Shown: positions 39,075 through 49,608, counted from the stretch's first letter. The stretch is 64,000 nt of DNA from Methanobacteriota archaeon (GCA_963720465.1 OY970393.1:96001-160000); one strand, 5' to 3'. The notes: a model not told the origin generated them from the sequence alone. Numbers and translations are program-made.

Positions 39075-39954
39075 CGGTGACACCTCCATACGCTCGCTTC
39101 GTGACGAGCAGCTCACAAAGGTTTGAAAGCGCGAGCGCGCACGGTTCCGCGACGCCAGAAAGACCAAGCATTTCCGCTCTTGAGCTAGTTTGACCCCTCG
39201 TAGCGTCGATGATCTGTTTTGGCACGAAGGCGATCGGTTTTCCTAACTCGAACGCAGCGTCGCTTATGCCCTGCTCACTCAATTTCAGATATGCGGTCGC
39301 AATAGTGTTTACATCCTCTATCGACGCATTGAGTTCGATAAGACTCGAATGGATTGCTTCGAGCACCATAGATTTGTCAATGCCCTTGCGAGCTCCGACG
39401 CCGACTGTGAGGGCACTAGCATTTTTTCTCGAGAGCACGGCCACGTCGTCATCGACGATCACGATCTGCGGCCCGGTCAAGTGCGCAATTTTGACCGGTT
39501 TCATAAGGAACGTCGTGTTGATTGCTTTTGTGCTGGCGCGATTAACGATTGTGCGATTCAAGTGAGCTGCGATAGCTTCTACGCTTGGAACGTCATTTGC
39601 TTCCGTCGCGGTAGAAATGACAGCGAGTCTTACGACGTCTTTTTTGTGGAGCTCGCGCGCGATTTGGTTGGCCCCTCGATGACCGCCAACTATAGGAATA
39701 GCGTAGTTTAATCGATCATCCACGGCTATTACGGCCGGATCAGCCCATTTTCCTTTCAAAAGTGGAGCAATTTCTCTAACGACAATGCCGGTCGCCATTA
39801 TAGCGATCACCGCTGTGTGGGAGGAGAAAGCTTCTTTGAACGCATTTTTTTGATAGGTGACAATCTGTCCTCCAATTGCCGATTGAATGCGCTGCGCGCT
39901 TGCTAAGTTTCGTTGAAAACAGATGATAGTGATACTTAGGTCTTCGGCGAGTAT
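39058..39954 (-). CDS. cbiG: Cobalt-precorrin-5A hydrolase
   Basis: MATGIVVR, DPAVIAVD, GGHRGAN, GVGARKG and GVAEPCAL motifs; frame stays open above the GTG at 39810 up to an ATA at 39954 preceded by AGGAGG. Confidence 0.9.
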   Translation of the reverse strand: MLAEDLSITIICFQRNLASAQRIQSAIGGQIVTYQKNAFKEAFSSHTAVIAIMATGIVVREIAPLLKGKWADPAVIAVDDRLNYAIPIVGGHRGANQIARELHKKDVVRLAVISTATEANDVPSVEAIAAHLNRTIVNRASTKAINTTFLMKPVKIAHLTGPQIVIVDDDVAVLSRKNASALTVGVGARKGIDKSMVLEAIHSSLIELNASIEDVNTIATAYLKLSEQGISDAAFELGKPIAFVPKQIIDATRGQTSSRAEMLGLSGVAEPCALALSNLCELLVTKRAYGGVTVAIAR

Positions 39955-40637
39955 AGGTACGACCTCCTTTCGCCCTCGAGGCTGAGCTCATCGCCAATCA
40001 AGATGATGGCCGACTTCGTAATTCCGGCTTCGCGTGTCTTCGTGGCAATGTCTGAAACTGTACCGGTAATTATGACCTGATCGTCCCACGACGCGTGATA
40101 CACCACGCTCGTTGGAGTCTCTGGCGCGTATCGCACGCGCTGCATAATCGTATCAATCTTGTCGACGCCCAGAAGGATTGCCATTGTTGGCTTCAGATTC
40201 GACAGCTCGACCAGTTGATCCTCTTCGAGGGTCTTGCCGGATGGCCGGGTGATAACGAGAGTCTCACTTGTAAGCTGCTGGCCCAATGCAGCTGCGGAGG
40301 CAAATACCGATGAAACCCCAGGAACTATCTCATAGTCAATATCATACGGCCGCAGCGCCAGAATCTGTTCTCGCACCGCACTATAAATCGTAGGGTCCCC
40401 GCTGTGGAGTCTCACAACGCGAAGGCCTTGTTTCGACGCGTCAACGATCAAGCGCGTCGTTTGCTCGAGCGTCATTCCAAAACTGTCGACTTTTTTTCCT
40501 TTGGCGTTCGATAGAACTTTAGGATTTACCAAAGACCCAGCATAAACAATCAAATCCGCGTCTTCGATCAGCTCCTTGCCCCTCAACGTTATCAGTTTTG
40601 GATCTCCCGGCCCTGCTCCAACGAAATAGACTTTCAT
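39936..40637 (-). CDS. cbiF: Cobalt-precorrin-4 C11-methyltransferase
   Basis: FVGAGPGDPKLIT, YAGSLV, RLHSGDP and RSYLY motifs. Confidence 0.94.
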   Translation of the reverse strand: MKVYFVGAGPGDPKLITLRGKELIEDADLIVYAGSLVNPKVLSNAKGKKVDSFGMTLEQTTRLIVDASKQGLRVVRLHSGDPTIYSAVREQILALRPYDIDYEIVPGVSSVFASAAALGQQLTSETLVITRPSGKTLEEDQLVELSNLKPTMAILLGVDKIDTIMQRVRYAPETPTSVVYHASWDDQVIITGTVSDIATKTREAGITKSAIILIGDELSLEGERRSYLYSPKT

Positions 40638-41239
40638 GGTCGTTTGCCGTACATTATGCTAAAATATTCGCCCTTTAAAGGAAAGTCCTTTTTGTAGACC
40701 CGTTCGCGTTCGGTAAATCCGTTCTCAAGCAAAGTGAGATCAAAAAAGCCCCTCTTTTGCAGCGACGCGGCTATCTCATGAGGTTTCGTCGCTTTTAGAA
40801 CAAGAGTCGATTGCACGGCTGATCCATCCGACACGACAAAAGATCCCTCTATCGACTCGTCAAACCGAGAGAACGAAGCGGTAATTGAACTGACGCCAGG
40901 CACGGTTTCGACGTCGATGTGCGGCATGCGCCTTCTTAGCATTTTAGATACGTGCGAAAACGTGCTGAAAACGTTTGGGTCTCCTACCACTCCAAAAGCG
41001 GTCAGTCCCGTAACTGCATAGGCGGCGATTGCCTCTACGTTGTCATGCCACGCAGCTTCAAGTTCAGCTTCATCATAGGTCATCGGAAAATGAAGGATTT
41101 CCGGATCGGCGTACGGTTTGGCGAGTTTATAAGAGATACGCCCCGGAACAAACACTTTGATCGCTGAAGTTAGCACGTTCACTGCCTTTAGAGTCAGCAA
41201 TTGTGGATCTCCAGGTCCAAGCCCTACCCCAATTAGCAC
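40634..41239 (-). CDS. cbiL: Cobalt-factor II C20-methyltransferase
   Basis: GVGLGPGDPQLLTLKA, FPM and GDPNVFSTF motifs. Confidence 0.92.
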   Translation of the reverse strand: MLIGVGLGPGDPQLLTLKAVNVLTSAIKVFVPGRISYKLAKPYADPEILHFPMTYDEAELEAAWHDNVEAIAAYAVTGLTAFGVVGDPNVFSTFSHVSKMLRRRMPHIDVETVPGVSSITASFSRFDESIEGSFVVSDGSAVQSTLVLKATKPHEIAASLQKRGFFDLTLLENGFTERERVYKKDFPLKGEYFSIMYGKRP

Positions 41240-41754
41240 GAGCCCACCACCATAAAGACTGGATTATAGGGGGTGAATGCGGTAAGGTTTTCAAGTTCGT
41301 GGCCCTTAGCGATGTTGACGAGCAGCGCTTCCTTGAATACCCCGATCTCTTTCATGTACCCAATTGCGTTGGCAGTGACTTCAAGTCTCGCAGCATTGAG
41401 AACAAAGCGCCTACAGTGTGGCACGAGGAAGTCGATTGTCCGTCTAAAGTTCTTAGTTCCGCCAATGAATGCTTTGTCAATCGCATTTTCGTAGGCTTCC
41501 AGGACGTCAGGAGCCTCGCCCTGGAGGAGGGTAACGAGCGCCGAGACCCCTGCTTCGCTGAAGTTTTGTTTAGCCGTTTCAATAGACTTAAGTCTCTGAT
41601 CCACGGCGATGATCTTGTTAGTGTTTTTCGAGGCTGCGATCGACACACTGCCCGTTCCGCAGCCAATATCGGCAAATGTTTCGCCACAGCTTATCTGAAG
41701 CTTCTCTAATGCTATCGCGATGATCTCTGCTTTAGTCGGGCCGCCGCTCACCAT
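41233..41754 (-). CDS. cbiT: Cobalt-precorrin-6B C15-methyltransferase/decarboxylase
   Basis: GGPTKAEI, DIGCGTGSVS, FIGG and NPVF motifs. Confidence 0.93.
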   Translation of the reverse strand: MVSGGPTKAEIIAIALEKLQISCGETFADIGCGTGSVSIAASKNTNKIIAVDQRLKSIETAKQNFSEAGVSALVTLLQGEAPDVLEAYENAIDKAFIGGTKNFRRTIDFLVPHCRRFVLNAARLEVTANAIGYMKEIGVFKEALLVNIAKGHELENLTAFTPYNPVFMVVGSC

Positions 41755-41974
41755 TTTTCAGGGCTCCTTTCGCCGCCATTGTCTATCTCCCTACACTCGC
41801 ATAAATACGTTGAGGACGCTGCTAACGCGTAGCCACCTCCTAATCGGAATTGCTTGCGCAAATATCTTTAAGTCCGTTCAAGACAATTATTAAACAAGGA
41901 AGAAGCGATTTTTTCATCGTCTGTTTTTGTGACGGGTTATTTTAAGCCGGATCCGCATCATTAACCTTGTCCTT

Positions 41975-44785
41975 ATGTTGGCCAGTAGCACTCCCGAAGA
42001 ACCTCTGGAAAGTTCGTTGCATCCCCGCGTGAAAGATGCATTCACAAGTCGATTTGGCCCCTTCACGGAAGCGCAACAGTTGGCAATTCCGGGCGTGCTG
42101 GAGGGCAAAAACCTACTTCTCGTCGCTCCCACAGGGACTGGGAAGACGGAAGCAGCGATGCTGCCGGTATTTAGCAAGCTGCTAGACTTTGAGGACCGCC
42201 ACGGAACAAGTGTCCTCTACATCACGCCTCTTCGAGCGTTAAACAGGGACATGCTGGCGAGGCTAAACTGGTGGGGCAGTCAGCTGCAAGTCTCGATCGG
42301 CGTCCGGCACGGCGACACGACGAAATCAGAAAGGCGGCGACAGGCACTCGAACCGCCTGATGTGTTGATCACGACGCCTGAGAGTCTTCAAGCCATCCTC
42401 ATGGGACGGCGACTGCGGGAAAACTTGCGCTCCGTCAGGTTTGTCATTATCGATGAAATCCACGACCTTGCGAGCTCAAAGCGAGGGGCCCAACTGGCAA
42501 TCGGTCTTGAGCGTTTGACGGACTTAGTCGGCGAGTTCCAAAGGATCGGGCTTTCTGCGACCGTTGGCAGCCCGCAGGAGATCGGCCACTTCCTCGCGGG
42601 GACCGGAAGGGCGTTCTCAGTCCTCGAGGTCTCGCGGGCGAAAATGTTAGATTTTGCGGTCACCGAGCCGCAGGTAACCGATGCGGATAACACGGTCGCG
42701 AAAACAAGAATGATTGCGCCAGAACTCGCGAGTCATGCCCGCATTGTGCGCGATATAGTCGAAAGGCATAAGTCCACACTGATTTTCGTGAATACGCGAC
42801 AAGCGGCTGAGGTGCTTGGATCCCTTTTTCGCGGCAGTGACGTTGGCGTGCATCACGGGTCACTATCGAGAGAGGCACGCATCGAGGCAGAAAACGAATT
42901 CAAAGCCGGCACGAAAAGAGGTTTGATCTGTACCTCTTCGATGGAACTGGGGATCGACATAGGGGACGTCGAGCACGTCATACAATATAATTCTCCCCGC
43001 GAAGTGACGCGATTGCTTCAACGCGTGGGACGGGCGGGACACAGAGTCGGCGAGAGATCTGAGGGTACCATCATCGCCACACACCCAGACGACATCATGG
43101 AGTCTTGGGTGATAACGCGTCGAGCGAAAAACAACGCGATCGAAGATGTGAACGCTGATTACCAAGCTTTGGACGTTCTTGCAAACCAGCTCTGTTTCAT
43201 GACCTTGAACGGGGCTAAGCCCGCTAAACTCGCGCTGCGCATCATCAAAAAGGCATTTCCATATCGAGACCTAACGCTCGAAAAGTTCGTCGAGGTGGTT
43301 AAGCTGCTGCAACAGCAGCGGCTATTGAAGGTTGAACGTGAAGACACAGAGCCGCTCATCAAGATGATGGGAAAAACGCGCCGGTACTGCTATGAAAATC
43401 TTTCTATGATTCCCGATGAAAAAACCTACAGTATCTATGACACGATAAACGGGAAGTGGATAGGAACTCTTGACGAAACATTCGTGATTGCTTTTGCTGA
43501 GCCTGGTGCCGTGTTTGTTACAAGGGGAGAGATGTGGCGGATTCTGGAGATTGACGAGCAGCGCGTGAAGGTTGAGCCCATGGACAGCTCGACCGGCGAG
43601 ATCCCTAGCTGGGCGGGCGAGCAAATACCAGTGCCTTACGAAGTTGCTTCCGACGTTGGGAAACTACGCGGGCAGATAGCGAATTCAAGTGAGGATGTGA
43701 GTCATAGCCTTCTAAATGATTACTGCACGGATCCGCACACGGTACAGCGCGTTGTCAACCTGATGCGGCGACAAGAGAAGTTCGTCGTTCCCACGCATAA
43801 CGTGCTGGTGGTGGAAGTCGACGGTAAGACTGCACTTATACACGCGTGCTTTGGCCATAGGATTAACGAGACATTAGGTCGGGTCATCAGTTCGCTGCTC
43901 GCGGCCCGCTTGGGCAGCAGCGTTGCTTTGGAGGTTAATCCATATTGGATACAGCTTCAACTCCCGAACGCGCTGAGCGCGGAACTCGTCGCTGAACTAG
44001 TCCGGCAGCTAAAGCCGGAGTTTCTTACGCCGTTGATTGACATGACTCTCAAAAATAGCATGCTGCTTAGGTGGAAGCTAGCGCACGTGGCACGCAAGTT
44101 CGGCGTCATCGAGAGGGACGCGGAATCTAAGTATTTCAATATCAACAAGCTGATGGATCTTCTGAAAGATACCCCCGTTTATGAGGAGGCGATACGCGAT
44201 ATCGTGCACGACAAGCTCGATCTGGAGCGCACTCGCCATCTTCTCAGGGAAATTCAAGACGGCGACATACGAGTAGTCACGTCGAAACTGAGCCCTCTCA
44301 GCAGGGAAAGGCATTATGGCGCACGAGATCTGCTTGTAACCGACAACGCAGACAGGTCAATTCTCATGGCGCTCAAAAACAGAATCATGAATGATCGTGT
44401 AATACTTTTTTGTCTCACGTGTAAGAAATGGCGATCGAAACGAAACGTGGCAAGCGTGCCTGAGCAGCCACAATGTCCACTATGCAGCTCTAAGTTGATT
44501 GCAGCACTGAAGCCGTGGGAAGATGAGGACGTCGTCATTGCCACCAAGTCCGAAAGAGCGAAAACTGCTGAGGAGAAGGCGCGGACAAGGCGCGTCTATA
44601 GAAATGCTAACTTGGTTCTTTCTCACGGGAAGAAAGGAGTTATCGCTTTAGCATCGCGCGGCTTGGGCCCTGAAGCCGCATCAAGAGTCATCCGAAAAGC
44701 GCGCCGAGATGAAGAAGGCTTTTACCGCGATATCTTGAGGCACGAGCGGCAGTACACACTCACGCGCAGGTTCTGGCACAACTGA
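41975..44785 (+). CDS. lhr: Archaeal Lhr-family SF2 DEAD/DEAH helicase
   Basis: APTGTGKT, PLRALNRD, DEIH, SAT, ELGID, QRVGRAGH and IPSW motifs; C-terminal Zn finger (CLTC..CPLC). Confidence 0.92.
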   Translation: MLASSTPEEPLESSLHPRVKDAFTSRFGPFTEAQQLAIPGVLEGKNLLLVAPTGTGKTEAAMLPVFSKLLDFEDRHGTSVLYITPLRALNRDMLARLNWWGSQLQVSIGVRHGDTTKSERRRQALEPPDVLITTPESLQAILMGRRLRENLRSVRFVIIDEIHDLASSKRGAQLAIGLERLTDLVGEFQRIGLSATVGSPQEIGHFLAGTGRAFSVLEVSRAKMLDFAVTEPQVTDADNTVAKTRMIAPELASHARIVRDIVERHKSTLIFVNTRQAAEVLGSLFRGSDVGVHHGSLSREARIEAENEFKAGTKRGLICTSSMELGIDIGDVEHVIQYNSPREVTRLLQRVGRAGHRVGERSEGTIIATHPDDIMESWVITRRAKNNAIEDVNADYQALDVLANQLCFMTLNGAKPAKLALRIIKKAFPYRDLTLEKFVEVVKLLQQQRLLKVEREDTEPLIKMMGKTRRYCYENLSMIPDEKTYSIYDTINGKWIGTLDETFVIAFAEPGAVFVTRGEMWRILEIDEQRVKVEPMDSSTGEIPSWAGEQIPVPYEVASDVGKLRGQIANSSEDVSHSLLNDYCTDPHTVQRVVNLMRRQEKFVVPTHNVLVVEVDGKTALIHACFGHRINETLGRVISSLLAARLGSSVALEVNPYWIQLQLPNALSAELVAELVRQLKPEFLTPLIDMTLKNSMLLRWKLAHVARKFGVIERDAESKYFNINKLMDLLKDTPVYEEAIRDIVHDKLDLERTRHLLREIQDGDIRVVTSKLSPLSRERHYGARDLLVTDNADRSILMALKNRIMNDRVILFCLTCKKWRSKRNVASVPEQPQCPLCSSKLIAALKPWEDEDVVIATKSERAKTAEEKARTRRVYRNANLVLSHGKKGVIALASRGLGPEAASRVIRKARRDEEGFYRDILRHERQYTLTRRFWHN

Positions 44786-44903
44786 CGCGAGCACTTTAGT
44801 TCTCGTCGCGTCGCTTCTGCAAGAGGCTAGGGCGCGACAGTCGTTTTGTCACGCTCGAAATACGATGGCATGTATATATACGAAAGTCCCGATAGAGTGA
44901 AAT

Positions 44904-46007
44904 ATGAGCTATCTCACGGAGGCTTCGGAGCTAACCAAGCAACGACTCGACATCATTCAGGAACTGCAAGACTTGCGGGGCAGCGAGATGATCTGCTATG
45001 TTACAGGCGACCGCCCAACGAATGCTAATATCCCCGGGATGAGTAGCCAAGTGTCGCAAGATCACTTGCGTTTCGTTTATGACCATCTCGATCGCTTAGG
45101 CGAGGTCGATCATTTGGACTTGTTCATCTATACTCGCGGAGGAGACGCTGACGTCCCGTGGCCAATGGTGAACTTCATTCGAGAGTTCGCGACAAAGTTC
45201 TCGGCACTCGTGCCTTATCACTGTCATAGCGCGGGAACACTAATTTGTCTTGGTGCCGATGAAATATTGATGGGGACAGGTGGAACGCTTAGTTCGGTCG
45301 ATCCGACCACCGCAAACCAATTCAATCCTCGCGATCCGCTAAATCCCGCCATCCCCCTCGGGATTAGTGTCGAGGACGTCACCGCATACCTCACTCTTGC
45401 TCGCGAGGCTGCTAAGATCAGCGAGCAGGACCACATAATTGAGGTCTTCAATGAACTTTCAAAGCAAGTCCATCCGCTTGCGCTAGGAAATGTTTACCGG
45501 CAACACACGCGTATCCGAATGTTGGCCACGAATTTGCTCAAGATTCATATGCGCGGTGAAAAAAACGAGGCTAAGGTCACTCAGATAGTGGAAATAATGA
45601 CCGAGAAACTGTACACACACACACACTTTATCAACAGACGTGAGGCGAGGAAGGTTATTGGTTTGAACGTACGCGACCCGGAACGACAGGTTGAGAAACT
45701 CATGTGGGACTTATTCCAAAACTACGCCGCTGATATGCAACTTTACGAACCGTTTGATTTGAACATGTTCGTTGGGGATGAGACGTACAAAGAGGGAGTT
45801 GCTAAAGGCGCATTTATCGAAAGCTTAGACATGATGGACGTATGGGGGTCTGTGTTTGCTGTGTCCAAGAATAAAGCGGTCCCACCTAATCTGCCTGTAC
45901 CGATCTCACCGGAACGAATTCAAGCGTTGCAAGGTCTGCCGTTCAAGATTGACGTCAACATACTGAAAATGGGCTGGGAGCGGGCGCTACGTGAGAAGCA
46001 GGTTTAA
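44904..46007 (+). CDS. ClpP-fold serine protease (SDH_sah/peptidase S49-like)
   Basis: LFIYTRGG, HSAGTLICLGADEILM, SVDP and THTHFI match the Ser-Asp-His layout. Confidence 0.8.
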   Translation: MSYLTEASELTKQRLDIIQELQDLRGSEMICYVTGDRPTNANIPGMSSQVSQDHLRFVYDHLDRLGEVDHLDLFIYTRGGDADVPWPMVNFIREFATKFSALVPYHCHSAGTLICLGADEILMGTGGTLSSVDPTTANQFNPRDPLNPAIPLGISVEDVTAYLTLAREAAKISEQDHIIEVFNELSKQVHPLALGNVYRQHTRIRMLATNLLKIHMRGEKNEAKVTQIVEIMTEKLYTHTHFINRREARKVIGLNVRDPERQVEKLMWDLFQNYAADMQLYEPFDLNMFVGDETYKEGVAKGAFIESLDMMDVWGSVFAVSKNKAVPPNLPVPISPERIQALQGLPFKIDVNILKMGWERALREKQV

Positions 46008-46079
46008 TTGCGCTAGCTATATTTAAAGTTGAACACTCGCGCCCCCGCTGCTAGAATTTCGTTTAGGGCTTGAAACCCC

Positions 46080-46310
46080 CTATATGAGTTTTAAAGCTAT
46101 GTAGCCGATGACTACAACTACAACCCCGATTATTATCAAGCCTACGATCGTCTTAATGATGATATCAACGATGTGCAGCCAGCCGCCAAACACAAGCATG
46201 GGCAGCAATAAACTTCCAATCCACCACCCGAGGAGCAAAAAGAGGATCAGTATGATGATAACTGCGACTACCAGCAACGCTGATATAAGCGAATCCTTAA
46301 ACGCCATCAT
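46080..46310 (-). CDS. Small hydrophobic membrane protein
   Basis: 76 aa, nearly all hydrophobic; GGAGGTG SD. Confidence 0.65.
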   Translation of the reverse strand: MMAFKDSLISALLVVAVIIILILFLLLGWWIGSLLLPMLVFGGWLHIVDIIIKTIVGLIIIGVVVVVIGYIALKLI

Positions 46311-46847
46311 GCACCTCCCAATTTAGAAGAAACGCCACCCCTCCGATTGGCTCTTCTAGTCTAAAAACGTTTCCATCTCGCATCAGTGGTTCCTCGATTG
46401 CCTTTCTCGACAAATCGATGCACGTACCATGGGCTTTCACTGAGCGCGGAGTAGAACGCATTTAGGTCAGTCCAGCGCTCGTGCGCATCCACCGCAGCGC
46501 CGTGCGGGCACGCCGAAAACAGGGAAACTGAGTTGTTGAACCCTGCCCGCCAGAATGCGAGGCGGAAATGTGCGCGATCAGCGTAGCGTGAGCTTTGTTG
46601 ACAATCAACCGCTGCATTTTCGTCCACTCGTCGTCCACTCTCAGCGCCCACCCATTTCTTTGAAGCGCTAAATAGGTTGGACTGAGCGCTGCTGAAACGA
46701 TCACGCATGTTAGATTACCTGAGTAAGTCTGACCTCTAAGCTTCGATAACCACAAGGGTTAATGCATTGCAGCCGCGTCGCGCAATCACCAGAGCATTTA
46801 TCTATGAGCATCCATCTATACTCATAAGTAGTTTTTGAGGTGATACA

Positions 46848-47837
46848 ATGCCAATCTTACAAATCTCTGTGCCCACAATCTCTCAAAGTACTGGGATCAT
46901 AATTGCAATTGGATTGGCTATTTTGATCATCATTGTTGCCGTAGCCCTAGTGCTGAGAGCCCGTCGGCGGAGCTCACCGGCACAAGAAACTGGAAGCTCT
47001 ATCAACCAAGCCGCGAGCGAGGAGGAAACATTTCAAGAAGTAGCTGTACCAGAGGCGTACCCAGAAACGACGACCACGATACCTCTTTCTGATGAATCTT
47101 ACCAAGATCTCGCCTATACGCCGCCGATGGAAGTGCAACCTGGACCGGAACAACCGCCGGACTCTGCGGTTCCAAAACTGCCTCCGAAAACCACCACTAT
47201 AGTCAAAGGCAACGTCAACATAGCAGCAGTCTCGGCTAGTGCCAGTCAGGCGGCCGAGATTCGCAATGAACTTACCGCCCTAAGTTATAATGACGCAATT
47301 ACGCCAATCGAGGCCGTCATTGACGAATCGAGTTTGGCAACGAAGATCAATGAAGTGAAAGATGATCTCGATTCTAACGAAACGCTGAGCGTCATACTGT
47401 TGAAATGCGTCGATATCGCAAAGTCATTGAATCGAAGAGCTGATCTCACGTGGATAGACCGTGAGCTTTTCGGCTCACCTGAATGGGACGATGCCGTTTA
47501 TCTTGACGTAAGCAACGAGGGCGCGTTTCCTGCGTATCGGCTCATCGATGCAACGATGTACTTGAACTACACGCGCGAAGGTGAAGCGTTCCCGACGATT
47601 GAAGAATACGCGATCCCCGTGTTTGAGAACCGCTCACTTTACGCGCTCGAGAAGATATTGGAATCTGCTAACATTCAAAACCAGGACTACCTTGTGCTAA
47701 ACACACCTGCCCCCACCCAATGGCCTAGCACGGCAGCTCTGGGAGAACTCATACCACTCACCGTTTCGGTGAAAGACTACTTGGATATCTTAACTGAAGT
47801 GAAAAAGCAAGTTCAGGAATTCGTGCATTCGCTTTAG
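46848..47837 (+). CDS. Membrane-anchored protein with an acidic/Pro-rich linker and a C-terminal AbiTii-like domain
   Basis: TM helix followed by RARRR; LSVILLKCVDIAKSL..WIDRELFG..FPAYR resembles the AbiTii consensus; GAGGTGA SD. Confidence 0.6.
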   Translation: MPILQISVPTISQSTGIIIAIGLAILIIIVAVALVLRARRRSSPAQETGSSINQAASEEETFQEVAVPEAYPETTTTIPLSDESYQDLAYTPPMEVQPGPEQPPDSAVPKLPPKTTTIVKGNVNIAAVSASASQAAEIRNELTALSYNDAITPIEAVIDESSLATKINEVKDDLDSNETLSVILLKCVDIAKSLNRRADLTWIDRELFGSPEWDDAVYLDVSNEGAFPAYRLIDATMYLNYTREGEAFPTIEEYAIPVFENRSLYALEKILESANIQNQDYLVLNTPAPTQWPSTAALGELIPLTVSVKDYLDILTEVKKQVQEFVHSL

Positions 47838-48340
47838 CGAATGTTCTTGCTGTCCGAAAAGCTCTTTGCTGCTTGCAGCGGAGTTTTCCTTGTGGTTGCG
47901 ATTTCCAACATTTTCATAAGCTATTTATAAAGGCGCCAGATCACAGGAGCGCATACAAGCCGCCGGATATTCCCACGAGTGGACTATGCGTTTGACGAGA
48001 TATGTCCACTGGCGCACGATAGCCATCGATAGCGTTCGTCTCAATATTCTTAGCTTTCTTCTCTCCGATATGCATTGCTTCGGAGCCCTTGCTTCGGAAC
48101 CCGGTTACACGACATAACGCCGTCGGTCGAACCGGATGCGGATGCCGAGCTTGTTCGCAGCAGTGGCTCCTCGTTCGAAGCTCATTTATGCTCGACTAGC
48201 GAGGAACATTTTCATTGGCAGGCGAATCTGACACCCGTTGCATTACGCAGTGGGCACACACGCATATCCTCGTCAGAAAAAAAGTGCTTGATTCCGACGG
48301 CAATCAGCGGATCTCTCTAGGCTATGTCTCCGCGATTCTT

Positions 48341-49237
48341 CTACCATCCGCGCGTTTGCAGGATTTCTTCCTTAGGTATCTGGCCTACAGACAATCCTTT
48401 CATTGGTAGTCCGAGACCTTTGGAGATCTCTGCCAATGCTTTTGGGTCGTCAAAGTTGTTGACTGCTTCAACAATAGCCTTTGCCATCACTTCAGGTTGT
48501 TCTGACTTAAAGATTCCTGAGCCAACGAAAACGCCATCTGCGCCCATACGCATCATAAGGGCTGCGTCAGCTGGCGTAGCGATTCCGCCGGCTGCGAAGT
48601 TGACGACGGGCAGCCTCTGCATTTCGGCTGTTTCGGCTGTCAGATCAGCGGGCGCCTCGATCTCTCGTGCAACGCGAGTGATTTCTTGTTCAGATTTGCC
48701 TTTTAGTTCCCTGATCTTGCTCATGATGGCGTGCATGTGTCGGACTGCCTCTGACACGTCGCCAGTCCCCGCTTCGCCTTTGGTGCGAATCATCGCTGCG
48801 CCTTCGTTGATCCGTCTTAGGGCCTCTCCAAGGTCCCGCGCTCCGCATACAAACGGCGTCGTAAATCGTAGCTTATCAATGTGAAATTGCTCGTCTGCAG
48901 GAGTCAAGACTTCAGACTCATCGATCATGTCAACGCCCAGCGCTTCCAAGATTTCAGCTTCGACGAAGTGTCCAATCCGCGTCTTGGCCATTACCGGTAT
49001 AGAAACTGAGTCGATGATTTGTGAGACAATAAGAGGGTCTGCCATGCGCGCTACTCCCCCAGCCTTGCGAATATCTGCCGGAACGGCGTGGAGCGCCATT
49101 ACCGCAACCGCTCCTGCCTTCTCAGCGATGATTGCTTGGTCTGCCGTGGTCACATCCATTATGACCCCGCCTTTCTGCATTTTGGCGAAGCCCCTTTTCA
49201 GCAGTTCGGTTCCGCGATGCAGCTTTTCAATATCCAC
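48341..49237 (-). CDS. pdxS: Pyridoxal 5'-phosphate synthase lyase subunit
   Basis: [24 protein letters not shown] and [10 protein letters not shown] motifs. Confidence 0.98.
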   Translation of the reverse strand: MDIEKLHRGTELLKRGFAKMQKGGVIMDVTTADQAIIAEKAGAVAVMALHAVPADIRKAGGVARMADPLIVSQIIDSVSIPVMAKTRIGHFVEAEILEALGVDMIDESEVLTPADEQFHIDKLRFTTPFVCGARDLGEALRRINEGAAMIRTKGEAGTGDVSEAVRHMHAIMSKIRELKGKSEQEITRVAREIEAPADLTAETAEMQRLPVVNFAAGGIATPADAALMMRMGADGVFVGSGIFKSEQPEVMAKAIVEAVNNFDDPKALAEISKGLGLPMKGLSVGQIPKEEILQTRGW

Positions 49238-49302
49238 TCAAATCAACTCTCTTGCTTCAGACTATACGCACCCGAAGAGATAAAGCTTATGTGGCTCCGT
49301 TA

Positions 49303-49509
49303 CTACAACTCCGACTTAATTCTGTTTTGGATCTCTTCAGCAGCAAACCCTTGGCCGTATTCCCGTTTGTAAGCGCTGTACAAGTCTACAAGCTCCCTGA
49401 GCTTCATCTTGGAAATAAAAATGGGGCCGCATTGTGCTTCGACTTTCTTCTTAAGTTTCTTGACGACGTCTGCGGCGCTTTCAGTGCCTCGCTCTTCATT
49501 CATACGCAT
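49303..49509 (-). CDS. Hypothetical small protein
   Basis: 68-aa ORF upstream of pdxS on the same strand, with a helical charged composition. Confidence 0.5.
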   Translation of the reverse strand: MRMNEERGTESAADVVKKLKKKVEAQCGPIFISKMKLRELVDLYSAYKREYGQGFAAEEIQNRIKSEL

Positions 49510-49608
49510 TTACTACGCTACGCAACTTTTTAATACTTTCCAGCCCAGTTATTTAAAAAAGGTCTACCTGGTCTTTTTATACTGAGATTATCGCGTGACG
49601 TGTGTTAA

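Noticed and set aside
41755-41975. Cobalamin riboswitch upstream of cbiT
   Set aside because: No GCCACTG or B12-box elements on the minus strand.
32490-44785. Metallophosphoesterase and Lhr as a linked repair operon
   Set aside because: They are separated by about 8.6 kb of unrelated genes, so linkage is not supported here.
46361-46755. Overlapping 97-aa and 115-aa minus-strand ORFs as genes or a pseudogene
   Set aside because: No family motif could be supported in any frame.
47840-48330. Heavy-metal-binding (MxCxxC) gene remnant on the minus strand near 48260
   Set aside because: It needs a frameshift to form DMRCAHC, and the flanking sequence does not continue an HMA fold.
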